Shown: positions 49,261-61,382 of the stretch, one piece after another
How positions within the stretch are numbered: the stretch's first letter is position 1
Layout of the letters: each line of letters starts with the position of its first letter
Assembly (NCBI RefSeq): GCF_902713615.1
Contig: NC_052156.1
Location: 32,534,776-32,598,775, forward strand
DNA length: 64,000 bases
Reading direction: 5' to 3'
Origin: Scyliorhinus canicula
Lineage: Eukaryota
Notes under the pieces: model-generated
Database searches by the model: none
Seen by the model: only the letters and a program-made list of their open reading frames with translations
Told to the model about the DNA's origin: nothing
Translations under genes and position numbers: made by a program

Positions 49261-50910
49261 ACTACATGCCTGCTGAACAGCAAATCCAGCATGCTTTCAA
49301 CTGATCTAAGCTATTCCACAGTCAATGGATCCAGTTGTGAATGGTGGCGGGCAATTAGACAACTAACAGAACCGGGAAGATCCATGAATGTTCCCTTCTG
49401 AACAATGGCAGATCCTATCACGTCAGTGTGAAAGATAACACTGGCTGAAAAGTTGGACAATATTTTCAGTCAGTCAGGTGCAGGGTGGAAGATCCTTCTC
49501 AATCTCCCCATGATATCCTCGTCATCACAACCTGTCAGTCGCCAAGCAATTTGATTCATACTATGTGACAATAAGAAATAGCTGAGTACAGTGGACACAG
49601 CACCGTTCAAGGCCCCAACAACATTCCAGCCACACTGCTGAAATCATATGCTTCAGGACTAGCTGTGTTGTTAGCTGTGCTGCTTCTGTACACCGCAATC
49701 TACCCATCAAGGTGGGAAATTTCCCAGCATGTCCTATCCACGAAACGCAGGACAAATACAACTGAGGGTCGGTGTAAACTTGATGGACCGAATGACCTCC
49801 TTCTGCTCTGTAGGGATTCTTACTCTTAAACCGTGTGTTCCCTAGTTCTGTAAGTGGAAACATCTCCCTGCATCTACCCAATAAAATCCCCTTGTGATCT
49901 TGTATATATTTCAATGAGAGCACCATTCGTTCTTCTTTTGTCCTCTTGGCAAACTTTACCTTGTTTGAGAGTTAATTGCAAAACAAACATAACTGACTAT
50001 ATATGATGAGGCTGCTGGCCCAGACTCGCGCAGGGCCATTCTGCTGGATCCTGACTAGCAGGATATGCTATTTTATGTAGCGTGGAAGCAGTTGCAGCAT
50101 CTTAAATTCCCTAGTTTGGCCACCCACATTTCACGCTGTATAAGCGCCCACACTTCACACTGTATAATCAATAGTCTGTCAGAAGCATATTTAATGATTT
50201 TAGTTAAACCAGTGCGGCAAATGCACTTGCAGTGAATATCCGAGCAAAGATGTCCTGCAGTTTCGTTTACTTTCAAATTAGGGTGCCACCTCCACCTAGT
50301 GGTTGAATGCGTTATCTACTGAACCGGCAGACAACTAAGAAACTCGGCTACCTGCTGTACTGACTGCTCTGTGGGGAAGGGGTCAACAGCCGCAACAACA
50401 ACTTGGTATCTTTAACTCCATAATATGTTTCTTGATGCTTCATTGGAGCATTGCAAAACAAGACTTGACACCGAATCAGCTAGGAAGATTTCAGGGCAGA
50501 TGAACACACCATAATTATAAAGCCTCACAAGACAATACCATGAGGTGATGTGGCAATAAGGTGTTACCTGTGATGAGACCTGTTTGATTCTTCAGTACAC
50601 AAAAATAAAATCCAAAACATTATTCCAAATATAGAAATACGTCATAGGGAAAATGCCAATCAGCTAATAAAGAATGCCTGTTAATATTCAAAGAAGTAAA
50701 CACGTTGCTCAGTCAGGAATAAAAAATCTAGCTGAAAACGATCTTCACGCTACCTGCTATGACTGTGTGTGTGAAAAGGGAAGTGGATTTGAAGGTAATC
50801 CTTGTGCTCGTACGGCTCTGCATAATGGATTAGTTAAATCCAACCCTGCTTCCCGATTAGCACAGTACTGAGCAGCAGATGCTGACACACTCTTTTTTTT
50901 CCATTTCCAG

Positions 50911-51048
50911 ATATCAATGAATGTGAGCGAAACAATCACAACTGTGCAGTAAATTATGAATGTCAGAACACTCCAGGGTCATTCAGTTGTCGTCCAAAAA
51001 TGCGTTGCTCTGAGGGATTTCTGCAGGATTCACACGGCATCTGTCATG
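50911..51048 (+). CDS. FBLN2: Fibulin-2-like exon: cbEGF5 (DINECERNNHNCAVNYECQNTPGSFSCRPKMRCSEGFLQDSHGICH)
   Basis: Acceptor ccatttccag and donor G/gtaata. 138 nt, phase 1-1. RCxxGFLQDxxGxC is typical of fibulin-1/2. Confidence 0.93.
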
Positions 51049-51372
51049 GTAATAGACTTTCTGGGGGGAAAAAAAGCTCGACAAGAGCTGTATGAAGAAA
51101 CAAAAAGAATTAAAAATTGTATCTTGTTTTAAGATTTTATGGGTTGTATGTCCGGGTCATTTTGTAGAAATTAAAGGCAGCAGTTGAATTTCTGATCCAT
51201 GAACACATTATGTGTAGTCTGTGAATCTCTGATATCTGAAACACAAATTTCTGCAGCGACTGTAGCGAAACAGAACTATGGAGGTGCATTCAACCCCATA
51301 AACTTACAGGATTCATTGTAATGATTTCTTTTTTGTTTGGTGAAGAAATGCTCCTGGAATTCATAACGGTAC

Positions 51373-52552
51373 CACAGATTTGAGCCAGGGAGGTGGGATG
51401 GAAGTTTTCGGAAATGGGAAGAGAAGGGGATTAAGACGCTAAAAGATTTGTTTCTTAGGGGTCGGTTTGCAGGATTGAGGGAGCTGGAAGCGAAGCATGG
51501 GCTGGCGCAGGGGGAAATGTTTAGATTCATGCAGGTTCGAGATTTTGCCAGGAAGGAGATACAGAGCTTTCCGCGAAAGCCGGCCTCCACATTGCTGGAG
51601 GAGGGGCTGACGACAAGGGGACTGGAGAAGGGGGTAGTGTCAGCGGTGTATGGAGTTATTTTGGAAGAGGAAAAGGCACCACTGGAAGGGATCAAAGCAA
51701 AGTGAGAGGAAAAGTTGGGAGAGGTTATAGAGGAGGGCGTCTGGTGTGAGGTGCTCCGGAGAGTGAATGCCTCCACCTCGTGTGCGAGGTTGGGGCTGAT
51801 GCAGCTGAAGGTGGTATACAGAGCACACCTCACGAGGGCCAGGATAAGCCGATTCTTTGAAGGAGGAGAAGATGTGTGTGAGCGTTGCGGAGGGTGGGGG
51901 GGTGGGGGGGGGGGGGCGCTAATCACGTTCATATATTTTGATCCTGTCCAAAGCTAGAGGAGTACAGGAAGGAGGTTTTTAGGGTAATTTCCAAGGTGGT
52001 GCACGTGTAACTGGACCCGGGTCCCCGGGAGGCCATATTCGGGGTGTCAGACCAGCCAGGGTTGGAAACGGTTGCGGAGGCAGATAGCCTTCACCTCGTT
52101 AATCGCCCGAAGGCGGATCCTGCTGGGATGGAGAGCAGCCTCTCCACCCTGTGCCCTGGCGTGGCAGGGGGACCTGTTGGAATACTTGACCCTTGAGAAG
52201 GTTAAGTTTGAACTGAGGGGAAGGACGGAGGGGTTCTACAAATCATGGGCGTTATTCATTATGCACTTTCAAGAACTGGATAACATCAAACATTAGTTGG
52301 GGGGGATGGGTGGGGAGGTTGGGGGGGAGAGGGGGCTGTGTGTATTAAGGGTGACTATGGGTAATCCCTGATTCCTTTTTGGTCATTTGTTTGTGTAAAA
52401 ATGTGGGCTGATGTTTGGGGGTTGGTGGGAGGATGGGATCGTTGTTATTGATATGGGGATTGACATATTTGTTGCTGATTATTGTTTATTGTTGGTGGGT
52501 GTAAATTCGGGAGAACATGTGAAAAAGGAGGATAAAAATATTTTTTAAAAAA
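51373..52552 (+). mobile_element. 5'-truncated L1/Tx1 LINE (ORF2 C-terminus, G/T-rich 3'UTR)
   Basis: Perfect 17-bp TSD GGAATTCATAACGGTAC (51356-51372 and 52553-52569). Motifs QLKVVYRAHLT...CERC and IARRRILLGW. Confidence 0.92.
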
Positions 52553-52936
52553 GGAATTCATAACGGTACAGAAACCGACACGTTCTAATTCTGATCTAAT
52601 TTGGAGTTTTCTGACCTTGCTTCTAATTTAGTGGGAAAGCTTTAGGCAGCTCCTCCTCTTCACTTGCAGCCTTTAACGCTGCTCTATTGGCAGCCCTGGG
52701 GAATCCTGGTGCATCATATTTTTAAAAACTTATTTTTGAAGCCCACACATTATGACACAGAAACAAATTGTACCTCCATCCTCAGCCCTGCAACAATAAC
52801 GCTACTGCAGCGGTATACTGGGTAACCAAGGCCTAGATATCTGCAGGTTATCTGAGTTGTGCCTCCTCTGTGTTTTCCTTACGAATGTGACTGTGGCAGT
52901 TACCTGAATAATTAAAGGCCTTTTCTGGATGATTTT

Positions 52937-53222
52937 TACAAAGAACAAAGAACAATACAGTACAGGAACAGGCCCTTCAGCCCTCCAAGCCTGTACCGGT
53001 AATGATAACACCCTTGGCCAAAATCCTCAGCATTTCTTAGTGCCCCATCCCTCTATACCCATCGCATCCACGTATTTGTCGAGATGCCTTTTGTACGCCG
53101 TTAATGTATCTGCTTCCACAACCTCCCCTGGCAGCACATTCCAGGCACTCGCCACCCTCTGTGTAAAAACTCTGCCTTGCACATCTCCTCTAAACTTTGC
53201 CCCACAGACCTTAAACCTATTT
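52937..53222 (-). mobile_element. CR1 3' fragment
   Basis: FTQRVASAWNVLPGEVVEADTLTAYKRHLD and a (TTCTTTG)n tail. Confidence 0.88.
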
Positions 53223-53867
53223 TGAAGCCAAACTTGACGGAATAATGATTTTGGTGCCACGTTTTGCTGAATGATTCTTCCTAAAGACGCAATATTGTAT
53301 TGTCAAGAAGTCTGGTCATGAAAGGTGAGCTTTGAGTTAGTGTTTTCTAAAAAAAAATCTAAAATAGTTAAAGGAGTTCTAAACCAAAGCAACTCTATTG
53401 AGTTACCATTGACATCTTGTGGTCCACTTGGAAGTAGTAAATCATGTTTTCAATGTACCAAAGAAATGCAAACTGTGGAAGAAAAGAACATTGGCTTTAA
53501 GCGGAAGTGTTCATTTCGAGGAAAGGAGCTGTTTTGAATTGGTTCGGCTATCCACGGTCTGGAGAATAAGTCCATCGTGCAGAGACACAACATGTCTGTC
53601 CTGCCATTTGATTCCCACTGCCCGACTGAATAAAAATCAAGCCAAACGTTTAAGCATTAATGGCAGCAAATGACTAATATGATGCAAATACCAATTTCAC
53701 TGAGAAAAAAAGATCAAGAGTGATCGCTTAGGTTGAAATGGACTTGTTCCACTCCAAAATCGATTTTATTTCTGGGGAAAGATCCTTTGGAAAGTTTGGA
53801 AAGTTTGCACTATTTCCTCAGGAGCACATTGCACCAAATCATTCGATCAGCAACAGTTGGCACTTGG

Positions 53868-54586
53868 GGTAGAGATGGTGAGCAGTTTCAAATTCCTAGG
53901 GGTGCACATCACCAAAAATCTATCCTGGTCTACTCATGTCGACGCTATCACCAAGAAAGCACAACAGCGCCTTTACTTCCTCAGGAAACTAAGGATATTT
54001 GGCATGTCCACATTAACCCTTACCAACTTTTACAGATGCACAATAGAGAGCATCCTCTCGGGCTGCATCACAGCCTGGTATGGCAACTGCTCGGCCCAGG
54101 ACCGCAAGGAACTTCAGAGAGTCGTGAATACCGCCCAGTCCATCACACGAACCTGCCTCCCATCCATTGATTCCATCTACACCTCCCGCTGCCGGGGGAA
54201 AGCAGGCAGCATAATCAAGGATCCCTCCCACCCGGCTTACTCACTTTTCCAACTTCTTCCATCGGGCAGGAGATTCAGAAGTCTGAGAACACGGACGAAC
54301 AGACTCAAAAACAGCTTCTTCCCCACTGTCACCAGACTCCTAAATGACCCTTTTATGGACTGTCCTCATTAACACTACACCCTGTCTGCTTCATCCGATG
54401 CCAATGCTTATGTAGTTACATTGTATATCTTGTGTTGCCCTATTATGTATTATCATGTATTTTCTTGAATTCTGTTCAATTCCCTTTTCTTCCCATGTAC
54501 TGAATGATCTGTTGAGCTGCTTGCAGAAAAATACTTTTCACTGTCCCTCGGTACACGTGACAATAAACAAATCCAATCCAATCCAA
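53868..54586 (+). mobile_element. Rex-Babar LINE, 5'-truncated, open C-terminal ORF2 frame
   Basis: FKFLGVHITKNLSWSTH...KKAQQRLYFLRKL...FYRCTIESILSGCITAWYG...SFFP and a (CCAAT)n tail. Confidence 0.9.
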
Positions 54587-54596
54587 GTAGCATTTG

Positions 54597-55240
54597 GGTG
54601 CACAGTGGTTAGCACTGTTGCCTTACAGTGCCAGAGTCCGGGGTTCAATTACAACCTTGGGTCCCTGTCTGTGCATGTTCTCCCCGTGTCTGCGTGAGTT
54701 TCCTCCGGGTGCTCCGGTTTCCATCCACAGTCCAAAGATGTGCAGGTTAGGTGGATTGGCCATTCTAAATTGTCCCTTAGTGTCCAAAGGTTAGGTGGGG
54801 TTATGGGGTTACAGGATTAGGGCGGGGGACTGGGCCTAGGTAGGGTGTTCTTTCAGAGGGTCGGTGTATCATAGAATTTACAGTGCAGAAGGAGGCCATT
54901 CAGCCCATCGAGTCTGCCCTGGTCCTTGGAAAGAATACCCCACTTAAGTCCACACCTCCAGCCTATCCCGGTAACCCAGTAATCCCACCTAACCTTTTTG
55001 GACACAAAGGGCAATTTAGCATGGCCAATCCACTTAACCTGCACATCTTTAGACTTGTGGGAGGAAACCCACACAGACACGGGGAGAACGTGCAGACTCC
55101 ACACAAGACAGTGACCAAAGCTGGGTATTGAACCTGGGACCCTATAGCTCTGAAGCAACATGCTAACCACTGTGTTACCGTGCTGCCCGGTGTAGACTCG
55201 ATGGGCTGCATGGTCTCCCTCTGAACTGTAGGTATTCTTT
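54597..55240. mobile_element. Sense V-SINE with an antisense V-SINE (54869-55188) nested in its tail
   Basis: TSD GGTGTA at 54863-54868 and 55189-55194. Confidence 0.88.
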
Positions 55241-55424
55241 AATTCTGTGATTATTGCATGCTGATGATTGGGAGTAAAATGTGTAGTACATGACTCGACA
55301 AACACAAGTACCCTTGGTGATGTATGTAACACTCCATTACTCGAGACAGGTTGCACCTGCATGACTGCTGCCTTAAATACAGGAAACTGTTTGAGAAAAC
55401 TACTGAAAGACAGTCAGACATTAT

Positions 55425-55613
55425 AATGAAATGAAAATTGCTTATTGTCACAAGTAGGCTTCAAATGAAGTTACTTTGAAAAGTGCCTAGTCGCCACATT
55501 CCGGCGCCTGTACGGGGAGGCTGGTACGGGAATTGAACCCACACTGCTGGCCTGCTTTGGTCTGCTTTAAAAGCCAGCGATTTTTAGCCAGCCAGCTGTG
55601 CTAAACCAGCCCT
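55425..55613 (-). mobile_element. Short tRNA-derived SINE with GTGACAATAA/(TTTCA)n tail
   Basis: Near-identical to 61199-61382. Confidence 0.85.
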
Positions 55614-56558
55614 TGACATGGAATTTGTGGTTGTAGCGACAGTGAAACTGTCAACGTTTGCTGTAATACAACTGTTAAACTGGCAGCAACGACTGATGGC
55701 CGCGAATGTGCAGTTTAATGGGAGAGAAACACAAAGGTTGCTGTCAGCGATTTTTTGCTTCTCCACCGTGGGTGCAGTTGGAACCCTCCACAGGTGGAAA
55801 TCTTTGAAAAACACTTCAATTGAAGTGAGGCTTCACTATTAATCTCACTTGCATAATAGATTTAAGAAACAAGTTACGCCTTCTTGAGTGAGGCGTTACC
55901 GGATTTCTGCTGATGTACAACTTTAATAATAATGTTTGGCGTTCTGAAAGGCAAATTTGACATTTATGGAATATCAAATTTTTCCACTATGATAAAATGT
56001 TCAATTGATTTTTACATTTCTTTGAAATCTATTTATGATATTTCAGTTTTCAGTTTCTACCTTAATCCCGTGTGTATGTTCTGATCTTTATTTTGTTGTC
56101 TGTGAAGGATAATCAATGTTGGGACAGACAATAATCCACGCCACAGACGTCACCATGGCCAAGCTTACACAATCCACCACAACATGTCTCGCAATGCAGC
56201 CCCCCCCCCCCCCCCCCCCCCCACGCCCCATTCCGGCGGAGGTGGTGTTGCCATTTACATTTTCATGCACTTCTTCGGCAGGACCATAATATTGTGCTGG
56301 GTAGGAGGATCTGTAAAATCCTGGCCTAAATCTTTCTCTAGAACTTTTTTCCCGAGGTCAGCAGCAAGCACCATAACTGACTGCAAAATCAACACCATTA
56401 ATAGTCACTCTTCACCTGTTTACATTAGCATTCTAGAATAACATTAGTAACTATTATCAAAAATCTCCATGGTGCTTAATGCCATGAAAAAAAATCTATA
56501 GACTCAAAAAATAAAAATACTTGGGAGAAAACACAACCATTAAAGATTAATGATACTT

Positions 56559-57069
56559 TGTAAGAAATATGCTGTATTGAGCTCAACGCTATTGTACAGT
56601 TCTGGATTCCAGTTGGTTCTTTCTAAGCATTGGCGTATGATCGTTAAATTATACTTTTCTAACTCCAGCTCAATACCAAAATGAAATACTTAGTGATAGG
56701 ACCAGAAAGCTGGGAGCAATGGAATGCGTGTGCAATCCACACAGTCTGAAATTTGTCAGGAGAAAAATCAAGACGTAGGAGCACTATTAAAACAGTAGAA
56801 AGTGTGATAACCTTCACGAGGACCATGGGGGATCGCTGATTCATCTCCCCGTGTGCTTTGTAGAACTCAAGTTCCTGTGGTGAGCAGAGGAGACCCACCC
56901 AGCTGGGGATCATTGGCGGGTCCCTTAAATGTACCTCCCGGACCCGGACCGTCACTTCCTGATAGTCCTGGGCTGGGACGTTTGTATTGTATGCCGTGGT
57001 AGTGGCTTTATTTTCAGCTTAAAATAAACCAGTTTGCCCTTTCACTCCACCCCTCCTGGAATTATTACG
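56559..57069 (+). mobile_element. Putative solo LTR
   Basis: TGTAA...TTAC(G) ends, TATTAAAA at 56785 and AATAAA at 57023-57028, about 510 bp. No clean TSD. Confidence 0.4.
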
Positions 57070-57264
57070 CAAAGATAATTGTGTAATAAAATCTGTTTAT
57101 TACAATGTGCACACTGTTATGTAAAATGACAGCATGTAACATTTAATGAGGGCCACTGCTCAACACCTTGCTGAACAATTGAAGGGTTAATGAACTGATC
57201 TATGCATATGAGGGCTGGATATTTCAGGATGATTATTAATTGTTATTCTTAATTTCAATTGCAG

Positions 57265-57408
57265 ATATTAATGAATGCACCGCTTTAGATCGTCCTTGCA
57301 AACCTGCGTTCAATTGCATTAACACTGTTGGGTCTTACAGCTGCCAAAGAAATGTCATAACTTGTGGAAGGGGTTATCATTCCAACCCTGATGGTACTCA
57401 TTGTATTG
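57265..57408 (+). CDS. FBLN2: Fibulin-2-like exon: cbEGF6 (DINECTALDRPCKPAFNCINTVGSYSCQRNVITCGRGYHSNPDGTHCI)
   Basis: Acceptor caattgcag and donor G/gtaagt. 144 nt, phase 1-1. CINTVGSYxCQRN matches fibulin-2. Confidence 0.95.
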
Positions 57409-58195
57409 GTAAGTACATCTCACAACTTCGTGCAAATTCCTGCCATTCTCATGTTATGTTTTAAAATAAATTTTAAAGGGGGAAACAACAGCAGCTAGAA
57501 CAGTGGCACCACAAATGGCTCTGTTGCTCAGCAGGGGAGGGCAAAGTGCAGGAGAGCGATGGTTATATGGGACTCTATAGTAAGGGGCACAGATGGATGC
57601 TTCTGTGGACATGAAAGAGATTCCAGAATGGTATGTTGCTTCCCTGGTGCCAGGATCAATTATGACTCTGAACGAACACAGGTCATTCTGAAGGGGGAGG
57701 GTGAACAACCAGAGGTCGTAGTACACACAGGTACGAACGACATAGGCAGGAAGAGTGATAAGATCCTGCAGAAGGAGTCCAGGGAGTTAGGCAGTAAGCT
57801 AAAAAGCAAAACCTCTCGGGTTGTAGTCTCAGAATTACTCACTGTGCCAGTGAGGCTAGAAATCGGAGGATCGTGCAGCTAAACACGTGGCTAAACTGGT
57901 GGTGTAGGAGGAGGGGTTTCAGATTTTTGGACCATTGGGTTCTCTTCCGGGCAGGTGGGACCTGGACAACAAGGATGGGTTGCATCTAAACTGGAGAGGC
58001 ACTGATATCTTGGCTGGGAGGTTTGCTAGAGTCACTCAGGAGGATTTCAACTAGTATGGCAGGGGGGTGGGAACCAGATTGTGAACCTTGGAAGGTGAAA
58101 TAACTGAAGGGGAAATAGAGAACCAACATAAAAGAACAACATCACCCTCAGGCACAGCAAAAAAGGTGACAAGTGTGAAAAGGGAGGATTGAGGG

Positions 58196-59696
58196 ATATC
58201 TTTGCAGCATCCTTGAACACGGGTGAGGTACCAGAGGACTGGAGAATTGCTAATGTTGTCCCCTTGTTTAAGAAGGGTAGCAGGGATAATCCAGGTAATT
58301 ATAGACCGGTGAGCCTGACGTCAGTGGTAGGGAAGCTGCTGGAGAAGATACTGAGGGATAGGATCTATTCCCATTTGGAAGAAAATGGGCTTATCAGTGA
58401 TAGGCAACATGGTTTTGTGCAGGGAAGGTCATGTCTTACCAACTTAATAGAATTCTTTGAGGAAGTGAAAAAGTTGATTGATGAAGGAAGGGCTGTAGAT
58501 GTCATATACATGGACTTCAGTAAGGCATTTGATAAGATTCCCCATGGTAGGCTGATGGAGAAAGTGAAGTCTCATGGGGTCCAGGGTGTACTAGCTAGAT
58601 GGATAAAGAACTGGCTGGGCAACAGGAGACAGAGAGTAGTAGTGGAAAGGAGTTTCTCAAAATGGAGAACTGTGACCAGTGGTGTTCCACAGGGATCCGT
58701 GCTGGGACCACTGTTTTTTGTGATATACATAAATGATCTGGAGGAAGGTATAGGTGGTCTGATTAACACGTTTGCAGATGACACTAAGATTGGTGGAGTA
58801 GCAGATAGTGGGGACTGTCAGAGAATACAGCAGTATATAGATAGATTGGAGAGTTGGGCGGAGAAATGCCAGATGGAGTTCAATCTGGGCAAATGCGAGG
58901 TGATGCATTTTGGAAGATCCAATTCAAGAGCGAACTATACGATAAATTAAAAAGCCCTGGGGAAAATTGATGCTCAGAGAGATCTGGGTGTTCAGGACCA
59001 TTGTACCCTGAAGGTGGCTGCGCAGTTCGATAGAGTGGTCAAAAAGGCATACAGCATGTTTTCCTTCATCGGATGGGGTGTTGAGTACAAGAGTTGGCAG
59101 GTCATGTAACAGTTGTATAAGACTTTGGTTCGGCCACATTTGGAATACTGGATACAGTTCTGGTCGCCACATTACCTAAAGGATGTGGATGCTTTGGAGA
59201 AGGTGCAGAGGAGGTTCACCAGGATGTTGCCTGGTATGGAGGGCGCTAGGGATGAAGAGAGGTTGAGTAGATTAGGATTATTTTCATTAGAAAGGCGGAG
59301 GTTGAGGGGGGACCTCATTGAGGTCTACAAAATCATGAGAGGTATAGACAGGGTGGATAGCAAGAAGCTTTTTCCCAGAGTGGGGGATTCAATTACTAGG
59401 GGTCACGAGTTCAAGGTGAGAGGGGAAAAATTTAAGGGAGATATGTGTGGAAAGTTCTTTACGCAGAGGGTGGTGGGTGCCTGAGACACATTGCCGGCGG
59501 AGGTGGGAGAGGCGGGTACAATAGCGTCATTTAAGATGTATCTAGACAGATACATGAATGGGCAGGGAGCAGAGGGATACAGATCCTTAGAAAATAGATG
59601 ACAGTTTTAGATAGAGGATCTGGATCGGCGCAGGCTTGGATGGCCGAAGGGCCTGTTCCTGTGCTGTAATTTTTCTTTGTTCTCTTTCTTTGATCT
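58196..59696 (+). mobile_element. Younger 5'-truncated CR1 nested in the host CR1
   Basis: TTGAGGG duplicated at 58189-58195 and 59697-59703. Carries its own RT (GVPQGSVLGP, FADDTK) and 3' tail. Confidence 0.88.
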
Positions 59697-61198
59697 TTGA
59701 GGGTGTTGTACCTAAATGCGTGCAATATACGGAACAAGGTAAATGAGCTTGTTGTGCATACTGAAATTGGCCGGTACGATGTTGTGAGCATCACAGAGAC
59801 GTGGCTACAAAGGGATCAGGGCTGGGAACTAAATGTCCAAGGATATGTATCCTATTGAAAGGACAGGCAGATGGGCAAAGGGGGCGGGATTGTATTGTTA
59901 GTAAGGAATGAAATTAAATCGATAGCAAGGAGCGATATAGGTTCAGAAGGCATAGAATCTCTGTGGGTAGAGTTGACGAATCGCAAAGGTAAAAAGACCC
60001 TGATGGGAGTTATGTACAGGCCCCCTAGCAGTAGCCAGGATGTGGAAAATAAATCAGGAAATAGAAAAGGCATGTGAAAAAGGCAATATTACAATAATCA
60101 TGGGGGACTTCAATATGGAAATGGACTGGGAAAATCAGGTTGGTAGTGGATCCCAAGAAATGGAATTTGTGGAATGTCTAAGAGGTTCTTTTTTTGGAGC
60201 AGCTTGTGTCAGAGCCAACTAGGGAACAGGCAATTCTGGATTTGATGATGTGTAATGAGGCAGACCTGATTAGAGAACTTAAGGTGAGGGAACCCTTAGG
60301 GAGCAGTGACCACAATAGGATAGAATTTACTGAGCAGTTTGAGAGGGAGAAGCTGCAATCAGATGTAATAGTATTACAATTAAATAAGGGTAACTACAAA
60401 GACATGAAGGAGGAGCTGGCCAGAGTTGATTGGAAAAGGAGCCGAACAGGGAAGACAGTGGAACAGCAATGGCAGGAGTTTTGGGGGATTATTCGGGCTG
60501 CACAACAGAAATTCATCCCAAGGAGGAGGAAACATGCAAAAGGGAGGACAAGGCATCCATGGCAGACAAGGAAAGTCAAGGGTAGCATCAAAGCTAAAGA
60601 AAAATCATAAGTGGCGAGGATTAGTGGGAAGCCAGAGGATTAGGAAGCCTTTAAAAGTGAGCAGAGGACAACTAAAAAAGCAATAAGGGGGGAGAGGATG
60701 AAGTATGAGTGCAAGCTAGCTAGTAATATAAAAGAAGATAGGAAGAGTTTTTTTCAATATATAAAAGGTAAGAGGGAGGCAAAAATAGACACTGGACCAC
60801 TGGAAAATGTGGCTGGAGAAGTAATAATAGGAAACAAAGAAAGGCAGAGGAACGGAATGGTTACTTTATATCAGTCTTCACGGTGAAAGACACCAGTGGG
60901 ATGCCAGAGCTCCAGGGGGCAGAGGCGAGTGCAGTGACCATTACTAAGGAGAAGGATGTAGGGGAACTGAAAGGTCTGAAGGTGGATAAGTCACCTGGAC
61001 CAGATGGACTACACCCCAGGGTTCTAAAAGAGACAGCTGAGGAGATTGTGACGGCATTGGTGGTGATCTTTCAGCAATCGCTGGAGGCAGGAAGGGTCCC
61101 AGAGGACTGGAAAGTGGCTAATGTAACACTGCTGTTTAAGAAGGGAGGGAGGCAAAAGATGGGAAATTATAGGCCGGTTAGCCTGACTTTGGTTATTG

Positions 61199-61382
61199 AC
61201 ATGACAATGAAAATCGCTTATTGTCACAAGTAGGCTTCAAATTAAGTTACTGTGAAAAGTATCTAGTCGCCACATTCTGGCGCCTGTTCGGGGAGGCTGG
61301 TATGGGAATTGAACCGTGCTGCTGGCTTGCCTTGGTCTGCTTTTAAAGCCAGCGATTTAGCCCTGTGCTAAAAGCCAGCCCC
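61199..61382 (-). mobile_element. Short tRNA-derived SINE inserted in the CR1 RT
   Basis: TSD TATTG at 61194-61198 and 61383-61387. Confidence 0.88.

Noticed and set aside
58189-58950. 253-aa reverse transcriptase ORF as a host gene or active element
   Set aside because: It is a 5'-truncated CR1 fragment with in-frame stops just downstream.
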